DNA from: an uncultured Erysipelotrichaceae bacterium | GTDB taxonomy: Bacteria; Bacillota_I; Bacilli_A; RFN20; CAG-826 | Direction of reading: 5' to 3' | Assembly: GCA_902800255.1 (NCBI GenBank) | Contig: CADCDV010000002.1 | Span: forward strand, 1 to 46,938 | Length of the DNA stretch: 46,938 nucleotides | In this document: in pieces, positions 40,130 to 46,938 of the stretch | Numbering within the stretch: the first letter of the stretch is position 1 | Layout: each line of letters begins with the position of its first letter | Position numbers and translations under genes: made by a program | Notes under the pieces: generated by a model | The model's database searches: none | Told to the model about the DNA's origin: nothing | The model's input: the letters and a program-made list of their open reading frames with translations, nothing else

Positions 40130-40528
40130 ATGAAAAAGTTAGCTTTATTGGCCACCTCAGCGGCCGCCCTTCTCTTAAGTTCTTGCAGCGGATACGTCTC
40201 CCATTGGAATGCAAGAATGTTCGTCCATTCCAATACCTCCCATTCTGCCTTGATGGAGTTTGATGAGTTCTCGGGCCTCATGGTCTTAAATATGAGAGCC
40301 AGTGAAGGCAATGGTTCCACTTTGAAATATGAGACTAAGTTAGGCGAAGGGAAGTTCACAATTTCGTACGCCACAGACGAAAAGGTCGCCCAAGAGATCT
40401 TCACCATCGAGGGAGGCCAAACCAAAAACGATACTTGGACCGTTCCAACTATCGGCGCCTTCTATCTCCTTGTCGAATCAGAAGGAACCGCCAAAAACGG
40501 CAAGTTCGAGTTCAACCTCGTTCACTAA
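40130..40528 (+). CDS. Small lipoprotein, hypothetical
   Basis: 132 aa. MKKLALLATSAAALLLSSC is a signal peptide with a lipobox; the mature part looks beta-rich. Confidence 0.65.
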   Translation: MKKLALLATSAAALLLSSCSGYVSHWNARMFVHSNTSHSALMEFDEFSGLMVLNMRASEGNGSTLKYETKLGEGKFTISYATDEKVAQEIFTIEGGQTKNDTWTVPTIGAFYLLVESEGTAKNGKFEFNLVH

Positions 40529-40541
40529 TCAACAATGTGGG

Positions 40542-40573
40542 GAAGGCTGGCCTAGTGCTCAGCCTTCTTTTTT
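40542..40573 (+). terminator. Rho-independent terminator
   Basis: GAAGGCTG / CAGCCTTC stem, 10-nt loop, TTTTTT. Confidence 0.8.
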
Positions 40574-40677
40574 ATTTCCAAATAGGTAGAAAAATACCTG
40601 TTTTCGTCTTAGACGAATATGGAAAGTAAAGCCCCTTCTTGCTATAGTAACTAAGAGAAAACAAAAAGGAGAAACAT

Positions 40678-41508
40678 ATGTCAGCCGCTGATGATATTTT
40701 TATCAAGAATATGAACGATATCCTTAACAATGGAACCTGGGATACCGATTATCCAGTCCGCCCACACTGGGCAGATGGAACCCCAGCTCACACCGTTAAG
40801 AAATTCTGCATCGTCAATCGTTATGATTTAAGCAAAGAGCTTCCAATCCTCACCATCCGTAGAACCTATTTCAAGTCCTGCCTTGATGAGCTTCTTTGGA
40901 TCTGGCAAAAGAAGAGCAACAACATCCATGACCTCCATTCCCATGTCTGGGATAGCTGGGCGGATGAAACCGGCTCAATCGGAAAGGCCTATGGCTATCA
41001 GCTCGCCAAGAAATCAATTTACCCAGAAGGTGAGTTCGACCAGGTCGATAGAGTTCTTTATGACCTTAAGCACAACCCACATTCCCGTCGCATCATGACG
41101 AACCTCTATAACTTCGAGGATCTTCATGAGATGCATCTTTACCCATGCGCCTACTCGATGACCTTCAACGTTACTGGCGACACCCTTAACGGCATCCTCA
41201 ACCAAAGAAGCAACGATATGCTTGCCGCGAACAACTGGAACGTTCTTCAGTACAGCCTTCTCCTTATCATGTTCGCCCAAGTCAGCGGTCTCAAAGTCGG
41301 TGAGCTCGTCCACGTCATCGCTGACGCTCATATCTATGACCGTCACGTCCCAATCATCAAAGAGATCATCGCTAAGCCAACCCACAAAGCTCCTAAGCTC
41401 TGGGTCGATCCAAACATCAAAAACTTCTACGATTTCACCGTCGACAGCTTCAAGCTCATCGATTACGAATATGAGCCTCTCGACAAGAAGATTGAGGTCG
41501 CCATTTAA
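40678..41508 (+). CDS. thyA: Thymidylate synthase (ThyA; resembles the B. subtilis ThyA type)
   Basis: 276 aa with RRIMTNLYN, the catalytic Cys in LYPCAY, NQRSNDMLAANNWNVLQY and DAHIYDRH. AGGAG RBS, and TGCTATAGT extended -10 at 40640-40648. Confidence 0.9.
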   Translation: MSAADDIFIKNMNDILNNGTWDTDYPVRPHWADGTPAHTVKKFCIVNRYDLSKELPILTIRRTYFKSCLDELLWIWQKKSNNIHDLHSHVWDSWADETGSIGKAYGYQLAKKSIYPEGEFDQVDRVLYDLKHNPHSRRIMTNLYNFEDLHEMHLYPCAYSMTFNVTGDTLNGILNQRSNDMLAANNWNVLQYSLLLIMFAQVSGLKVGELVHVIADAHIYDRHVPIIKEIIAKPTHKAPKLWVDPNIKNFYDFTVDSFKLIDYEYEPLDKKIEVAI

Positions 41509-42020
41509 TGATTCGCATCATCCTCCACGTTGATAATGAATGGGGCATCGGCAAAAAGAATGACCTGATGTTCCATCTCCCAAAAGATATGGCCTTCTTC
41601 AGAAACACGACCAAAGGCCATGTTGTCGTCATGGGTGAGAACACCCTTCTCTCCTTTCCTAATTCCGCGCCTTTAAAAAATCGCACCAACATTGTCTTAT
41701 CAGCAGACCCAACCCATGAATACGAAGGCTGCATCAACCTTCATTCCATGGAGGATTTGCATAGGAAAATGAGGGAGTTCGAAGAAAAAGGCGAGGATGT
41801 TTACGTCATTGGTGGCGCTAGCATCTATAGAGCTCTCCTCCCATATTGCGACGATGCTCTCGTGACCAAAGTCGATGCGGTAGGGGGAGCGGATGTCTTC
41901 TTCCCTAACCTTGATGAAGATCCTTCCTTCGAATGTGTTGAACAAAGCGAAAAAGAGAAGGACGAGGACGCTTACATCACCTTCACGCGCTACGTGAATA
42001 AGAACAAATTGCCTTTATAA
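41508..42020 (+). CDS. folA: Dihydrofolate reductase
   Basis: 170 aa with GIGKKNDLMFHLPKDMAFF...T.G..VVMG..T and VIGGASIY. TAATG overlap with thyA. Confidence 0.88.
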   Translation: MIRIILHVDNEWGIGKKNDLMFHLPKDMAFFRNTTKGHVVVMGENTLLSFPNSAPLKNRTNIVLSADPTHEYEGCINLHSMEDLHRKMREFEEKGEDVYVIGGASIYRALLPYCDDALVTKVDAVGGADVFFPNLDEDPSFECVEQSEKEKDEDAYITFTRYVNKNKLPL

Positions 42021-42036
42021 AGATAAAAGACGAAGA

Positions 42037-42059
42037 ACAGGCCATGCGCCTGTTTTTTG
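42037..42059 (+). terminator. Rho-independent terminator after thyA-folA
   Basis: ACAGGC / GCCTGT stem, 5-nt loop, TTTTTT. Confidence 0.7.
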
Positions 42060-42185
42060 TTTATACAAAAGAAACGATACAAGGTGTACCAATCTTAATG
42101 CTTTACATGGGCTCTTTCATGTGGTTAACTAGTTTCGTTTACTAGATAACCTCGTGACGATAACAAACAACATCCGGAGCCGAAT

Positions 42186-43055
42186 ATGAAAATAGCCTTA
42201 TCGACCGAATCCTCAAGCGACCTCCCAAGAGACCTTGCGGAAAAACATAGCATCCACGTCATCGCCTTTACCGTCGTGAAAGGCGAAGAAACCGTCAAAG
42301 ACGGAGAGGAGACCTTAGAAAGCCTCTATTCCTTCGTCCAAGAGAAGAAGATGCTTCCACGTACGACCGCCGTGAACATTGAGGAATTCAAAGAGCATTT
42401 CTCAAACCTCTTAAAAGAGTATGACGCCATCATCCATGTCAGCATGAGCCACGCTTGCTCTAGCGCTTATGACAATGCCGTTGCCGCTGCAAAAGAATTC
42501 GAAGGCAAGGTCTTTGTCGTCGATTCCCTCGTCTTCCACACAGGACAGGCTCTATTGGCCTTATATGGCGCTTCGCTCATCAAAGACGGACTCAAACCAG
42601 AAGAGATCGCTGACGCCTTAAAAGAAAGAGCGAACCACATATCAACTACCGCCACCCTTGAAACGGTCAATTACCTCTACAAAGGCGGAAGATGCAACGC
42701 CCTTGCCATGATCGGTGCCAACATTCTTGGCCTCCGTCCGATGGTGGAGCTCCGCGAAGGCTCAATCAAGCTTGCGAAGAAATTCATCGGTCCTCGTAGA
42801 CTTTGGACAAACGCCTATATCAATTTCGTCCTAAACAGAATCGAAAAGAATGGGGCAGACAAAACCGTTGCCTTCGTCTCCTCAACGACTGATATGCCTG
42901 AGGCAACTGAAATCGCAGTCAATAAACTCAAAGCCGCAGGATTCGAAAACGTCTTCATTGCGAAAGCAGGGGCGACCATCGGAACCCACACAGGCCCAGG
43001 AACCTTTTCCATCGAGTATTTCGCCGATGGCCCTCATTCCTGGTCAATCTTATAA
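42186..43055 (+). CDS. DegV-family fatty-acid-binding protein
   Basis: 289 aa. IALSTESSSDLP at the N-terminus and the length and overall pattern are typical of DegV/FakB-like proteins. Confidence 0.8.
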   Translation: MKIALSTESSSDLPRDLAEKHSIHVIAFTVVKGEETVKDGEETLESLYSFVQEKKMLPRTTAVNIEEFKEHFSNLLKEYDAIIHVSMSHACSSAYDNAVAAAKEFEGKVFVVDSLVFHTGQALLALYGASLIKDGLKPEEIADALKERANHISTTATLETVNYLYKGGRCNALAMIGANILGLRPMVELREGSIKLAKKFIGPRRLWTNAYINFVLNRIEKNGADKTVAFVSSTTDMPEATEIAVNKLKAAGFENVFIAKAGATIGTHTGPGTFSIEYFADGPHSWSIL

Positions 43056-43060
43056 AAAAA

Positions 43061-43083
43061 GCCGACCCACTAGGGCCGGTTTT
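43061..43083. terminator. Hairpin terminator between the convergent degV-like gene and a small membrane gene
   Basis: CCGACCC / GGGCCGG stem (1 mismatch), ACTA loop, flanked by an A-run and a T-run. Confidence 0.6.
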
Positions 43084-43087
43084 CTTT

Positions 43088-43378
43088 TTATTCAGCGTCG
43101 ATGACGTCTTTCTCTTCTTTCTTTTCCTCGCCGCTAAGATCATCGAAGCTAAGAGGCACGCTCTGTTTTGTGACCGCATATGCGATATCGATAACCCAGA
43201 TGATGAAGGAAACGCCAGGGATGCAGTTGATGATGAAGAAGATGAGGCGTCCCGTGTTGCTAGCCTTGTCCTCAATAAGGATGAATAAACGGTAGAGCCA
43301 GCAGAACCAGAAGAAGACACTGAAGATGATTTTGACGACTTTGTCGAGTGAGTCGTACCACTTGATATAGGAATCCAT
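43088..43378 (-). CDS. Small (96 aa) membrane protein with an acidic tail, hypothetical
   Basis: Two hydrophobic helices (IIFSVFFWFCWLYRLFILI; LIFFIINCIPGVSFIIWVIDIAY), then EEKKEEKDVIDAE. Confidence 0.5.
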   Translation of the reverse strand: MDSYIKWYDSLDKVVKIIFSVFFWFCWLYRLFILIEDKASNTGRLIFFIINCIPGVSFIIWVIDIAYAVTKQSVPLSFDDLSGEEKKEEKDVIDAE

Positions 43379-43415
43379 AAAACACCTCTATTTGAACCTG
43401 ATTATTATAGCAAAG

Positions 43416-43440
43416 AAAAAGGCTCCCACTAGGGGAGCCC
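43416..43440 (-). terminator. Rho-independent terminator after fba
   Basis: On the minus strand: GGCTCCCC TAGT GGGAGCC, then TTTTTCTTT. Confidence 0.8.
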
Positions 43441-43457
43441 TAAGTTTTAAAAGGGAA

Positions 43458-44339
43458 TTAGGCAGCTTTGCCAACGGAACCGAAGAGTTCCATCTTCTCT
43501 TTGACTTTGGCTTTGATGGCCTCAACGCCTGGCTTGAGGATCTTACGTGGATCGAAGCCTTTCTCTTTGTTAGCGGCACTTGGGTCGGCTTTGCCTTCAG
43601 CGCAGTACTTGATGGTAGCGGCGGCGAAGACTAACTGGCACTCAGTGTTGACGTTGATCTTGGACATGCCTTTGGCGATAGCGGCTTTGACTTGCTCATC
43701 TGGGATGCCGGTTCCGCCATGGAGAACAAGTGGGATGCCAGAGGTGGCAGCCTGGATCTTCTCTAAAGCGTCGATGTGGAGACCTTTCCAGTTCTCTGGG
43801 TAGATGCCGTGGATGTTGCCAATGCCAGCAGCGAGGAAGTCAACGCCAAGGGCGACGATCTTCTTGCACTCTTCTGGGTCAGCGACTTCACCGTCAGCGG
43901 TGACGCCATCTTCGGTTCCGCCGATAGCACCGACTTCAGCTTCAATGGAGAGGCCTTTGTCGTGGGCAAGGGCGACGAGCTCAGCGGTCTTGGCAAGGTT
44001 CTCTTCAATTGGGAGGGAGCTGCCATCGAACATGACGCTCGAGAAACCAGCGGCGATGCACTCCTTGACGGCATCATAGGTGCCATGGTCAAGGTGGAGG
44101 GCGACTGGAACGGTGATGCCCAAGGATTCATCCATGGCACGAACCATAGCGGCGACGACTTTGAATCCGCCCATGTACTTGGCAGCGCCAGCGCTGACGC
44201 CAAGGATGACAGGGGATTTGAGTTCCTGAGCGGTCTGAAGGACGGCTTTGGTCCATTCTAAGTTGTTGATGTTGAAATGTCCGACGGCATAGTGACCATC
44301 GTGGGCAAGCTTCAACATTCTTGTTGCATTAACGATCAT
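43458..44339 (-). CDS. fba: Class II fructose-1,6-bisphosphate aldolase
   Basis: 293 aa with LHLDHG, GFSSVMFDGS, LVLHGGTG and related motifs. AGGAGG RBS. Confidence 0.9.
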   Translation of the reverse strand: MIVNATRMLKLAHDGHYAVGHFNINNLEWTKAVLQTAQELKSPVILGVSAGAAKYMGGFKVVAAMVRAMDESLGITVPVALHLDHGTYDAVKECIAAGFSSVMFDGSSLPIEENLAKTAELVALAHDKGLSIEAEVGAIGGTEDGVTADGEVADPEECKKIVALGVDFLAAGIGNIHGIYPENWKGLHIDALEKIQAATSGIPLVLHGGTGIPDEQVKAAIAKGMSKINVNTECQLVFAAATIKYCAEGKADPSAANKEKGFDPRKILKPGVEAIKAKVKEKMELFGSVGKAA

Positions 44340-44373
44340 TTATTTGAACCTCCTAAGTTCAATCAGTATGTAA

Positions 44374-44402
44374 ATTATCATTCATATTCGCCTTTCTTTC
44401 AA
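44374..44402 (-). promoter_or_regulatory. Putative fba promoter (TTGAAA-17-GATAAT)
   Basis: On the minus strand, TTGAAA at 44402-44397 and GATAAT at 44379-44374, about 35 nt before the RBS. Confidence 0.45.
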
Positions 44403-44426
44403 TCATTCTGATAAGAATGACTGAGG

Positions 44427-44454
44427 AAAAGAAAAGGACCGCGTTATGCGGCCC
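44427..44454 (-). terminator. Imperfect hairpin plus T-run after the 236-aa gene
   Basis: On the minus strand: GGGCCGC ATAAC GCGGTCC (1 mismatch), then TTTTCTTTT. Confidence 0.55.
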
Positions 44455-44474
44455 TATTTTTGTTGATGGGGTGA

Positions 44475-45185
44475 TTAGGCCATGGCGACGTCAGTGAGTA
44501 AGGTGACGGCAGCGATGGCTGGCATGATGAAGTTGTTGCTTCCATCGGAGACGGAAGTGGCGAACTCAAGGGTGTTCTCACCTTTGATGAGGTTGGTGTT
44601 CTTGAGAACGAGCTGTTGTAAGGAGCCATCTTTTGGAAGGTCGAAATCAACAGTGGTGACGGATAAGCCATTGACCTTGATGGTGATGAAGTCGATGAGG
44701 TTGTCGATCGGGACATTGGTGACTTCGCCTAAGGCAAGGTAAACGTCGATGTCAGACATGCCGTTGGTGGCAGTGGTGACGGTGAACTTCATGGAGCCGC
44801 CGGACTTGAAGCCGGTAGCAACTTCCCAGCCAGTTCCTTCGAGGGTAGCGAACTCGGCATCGCCTTTATCAAGGTCGATAAGAGCGTCGTGAGCGGTAAA
44901 GACGTAGGAGCTACCAAATTCGGATTTGGTCGCGGAAACGGTTCCAGCCGCATCGTCGTAGGTGACGTACTCATTGTCTTTGATGACCTCTTCAGGAAGC
45001 TGAGGGGTGTTGGCAAGAAGATCTTTCTTGGTCTTCTCGTAGTTCTCGCTGTAGGTGTTGTAGTTCACGTAGCTGACGAGGAAGGAAATACCAGTGATGA
45101 GAAGGGCAACGACGCCTAAGAGGATGGCGACGGAAGAAATGAGATGGTATTTGATCTTGTTAAGAAGCTTTTCAAACTTATTCAT
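44475..45185 (-). CDS. N-terminally membrane-anchored protein with a CBM-like beta-sandwich domain, hypothetical
   Basis: 236 aa. TM helix LISSVAILLGVVALLITGISFLV, then a T/V/G-rich domain ending ...KGENTLEFATSV... The start overlaps the GH3 stop by 8 nt and has a GGAGG RBS. The CBM assignment is by resemblance only. Confidence 0.55.
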   Translation of the reverse strand: MNKFEKLLNKIKYHLISSVAILLGVVALLITGISFLVSYVNYNTYSENYEKTKKDLLANTPQLPEEVIKDNEYVTYDDAAGTVSATKSEFGSSYVFTAHDALIDLDKGDAEFATLEGTGWEVATGFKSGGSMKFTVTTATNGMSDIDVYLALGEVTNVPIDNLIDFITIKVNGLSVTTVDFDLPKDGSLQQLVLKNTNLIKGENTLEFATSVSDGSNNFIMPAIAAVTLLTDVAMA

Positions 45186-46938
45186 TTTCTTCAGCCTCCT
45201 CTCCGCCGTTCTTCATGATGTTCATGATGTTAAGGACACAAGCGAATCCGCCAATGAGGAGTCCGCCAAGGGCGAACGCGTCAATGGAGATAAGGGCTGG
45301 TTGCCACCATAAGTAGCTGTCCTTTGGTGGGATGGCGACGATGGCTTCTGATGGGTCAGCGGAGGCGTTGTAAGTGGCGTTTCTCCACATGGCGTGGCAG
45401 TAAGCGTAGGCAATCTCGTGCATGGCTTCACGTAAGCGGAGCTGGACACGGACTGGAGTGGTAGCAGCGGTGCCGATTGCATTAGCAACGGTGTTTCCGC
45501 CACCGAGGTTGAGGTTGCCACCGAAACGGAAGGAGAAACCGATATCCATGTTGGTCTTGTTCTCGGTCATGTCGGTGATGATCTGTCCACGGAATCCCCA
45601 TTCTCTGCGGAGGACGCCTTGGATAAGGGCTTCGTTACCACCGGTCCAGATGCCACCAATACGGTTGAAGGAGGTCATGATACCGACGGTGCCGCCATTC
45701 TTAACGGCTTCTTCGAAGGAACGGAGATAGAGCTCACGGAAGGTTTGCTCAGTCATCCAGGCCATGTTGGCCATACGGTTGAAGTCTTGGTCGTTGGCGA
45801 CGAAGTGTTTGACGAATGTCATACGGCCATAGATGCTGATGCCTTTGATGATCTCAGAGACATAGCGGCCGGAGAGGATTGGGTCCTCGGATTGATAACC
45901 GCAGTTTCTGCCACCATAGGTTGAACGGTGGAGGTTGCAGTTTGGAGAGAAGATGCCATCAGCGCCAGAGGCGTTCATGTCATTACCCATGGATTTGCCG
46001 AGCTTGTAGGTAAGAGCTCTGTTCCAGGCTTGGCAGCCCATTGTTGGACCAGGGTAGGCTGGGCAGTTGATTTCGTCGTTCTGTCCTAAGCCACCGCCGA
46101 TCATAGCGGCGCCTTCTTCGAACTTGAAGGCACTGGCATTACTAGAATCACGTAAGCCGATCTCGGTCATGCCGCGGCCAGCGTAGTTGGAGTTTTCGGT
46201 AACGATCTTCTTGGAGTTGTCGAAGTCGAGCTGATCAAGAACGTCGTTCCATTCTTCGGCGTCATAGTCTTCGCCACACTTCATACCGGTTTCGGTGAGT
46301 TGGCCGTTTTCCATGAGCTTGAGGTCTCCGCCGCTGTTCCAGGTTGGAGCTTCGGTTGGGATTGGGTTGCCCCAGTAGTCTTCTGTGGCGTTGTCCCAGT
46401 TGTCGGACATGGTCTTGGAGTAGCTGTAGTTGGCGATTGGCTCTGGATCGGATTCACGTTCCATAAGCTTATCGGTCCAAGGCTTGTCTTCTTCACATTC
46501 AGTGAGAAGAGCTGGGAAGTTGTTACGGTGGACGAATTCGATGCCCTGGTCGACGGAAGTACCATCGATTGGCATGCCTTCGTAGGCGTTAGGACCAACG
46601 AAACGGTTCTCAACGGTTTCACCGGTGATTTCGTCTTTGTCGATCATGACGTCGTTGGACACCTTGTAGGTGATTGGAGAAACGTTCTCTTTGACGTGGT
46701 GGGCGTCGGTCATGAAGTTGAGTTCATAGTTGCCCGCTTCGAGTTCGTAACCGGTGTGGTTATTGTTATTGGCATCATAGTCGTCATAGGACTTGAAGTC
46801 CTTGGTGTCGACTTCGATGTCGATGGTGCAGACCTCGCCAGGTTTGAGTAATGGGGTCTTTTCGTAACCGACTAATTTGCGGAAGGATTTCTCGATTCCG
46901 CCTGGGGTGTATGGAGCGGTAAGGTAAATCTGAACGAC
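45178..46938 (-). CDS. Glycoside hydrolase family 3, partial (N-terminus outside the window); Fn3-like domain precedes the catalytic barrel; C-terminal TM anchor
   Basis: The frame stays open upstream of the track's Met to the window edge. 46938-46714 encodes VVQIYLTAPYTPGGIEKSFRKLVGYEKTPLLKPGE... (GH3 Fn3-like domain). Downstream come KHFVANDQ, MTSFNRIGG and REWGFRGQIITD (GH3 catalytic-domain motifs). The protein ends with the hydrophobic helix ALISIDAFALGGLLIGGFACVLNI. Confidence 0.8.
   Translation of the reverse strand, partial: VVQIYLTAPYTPGGIEKSFRKLVGYEKTPLLKPGEVCTIDIEVDTKDFKSYDDYDANNNNHTGYELEAGNYELNFMTDAHHVKENVSPITYKVSNDVMIDKDEITGETVENRFVGPNAYEGMPIDGTSVDQGIEFVHRNNFPALLTECEEDKPWTDKLMERESDPEPIANYSYSKTMSDNWDNATEDYWGNPIPTEAPTWNSGGDLKLMENGQLTETGMKCGEDYDAEEWNDVLDQLDFDNSKKIVTENSNYAGRGMTEIGLRDSSNASAFKFEEGAAMIGGGLGQNDEINCPAYPGPTMGCQAWNRALTYKLGKSMGNDMNASGADGIFSPNCNLHRSTYGGRNCGYQSEDPILSGRYVSEIIKGISIYGRMTFVKHFVANDQDFNRMANMAWMTEQTFRELYLRSFEEAVKNGGTVGIMTSFNRIGGIWTGGNEALIQGVLRREWGFRGQIITDMTENKTNMDIGFSFRFGGNLNLGGGNTVANAIGTAATTPVRVQLRLREAMHEIAYAYCHAMWRNATYNASADPSEAIVAIPPKDSYLWWQPALISIDAFALGGLLIGGFACVLNIMNIMKNGGEEAEENE

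Overview
This 46.9-kb window is mostly core genome with Firmicutes/Mollicutes-like synteny, read by eye at roughly 45-50% G+C with strongly C-ending codons. TGA is a stop codon, since an RF2 gene is present. Housekeeping blocks in order: pit and a PhoU-like DUF47 gene; a DUF402 NTPase; tsaE-tsaB-rimI-tsaD; asnS; pcrA-ligA; comFA-comFC; secA-prfB; a YitT-family gene; uvrB; secG; folD; feoA-feoB with a Cys-rich peptide; tRNA-Ala(CGC); thyA-folA; degV; fba. Accessory stretches sit between them: (i) a translationally coupled three-gene membrane operon that includes a P/Q/Y/N-rich protein; (ii) a co-directional run of Y-family polymerase, YolD-like protein, ECF-type sigma factor, large anti-sigma-like protein and a DUF308-like membrane protein; (iii) an A+T-richer stretch after the tRNA with lipoproteins, a GGDEF cyclase and an exported tyrosine-phosphatase-domain lipoprotein; (iv) a PAP2 phosphatase beside a MacB/Bce-like ABC transporter; (v) a domain-permuted, membrane-anchored GH3 glycosidase coupled to a CBM-like protein. 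Many gene pairs overlap by ATGA or TAATG. The most unusual direct observations are internal lesions in two normally essential genes: secA has lost helicase motif VI and is frameshifted, and tsaD carries an in-frame loss of about 38 codons. I found no CRISPR array, rRNA, transposase or integrase, and no multi-gene system I can confidently call novel. The candidates are listed below with modest scores.
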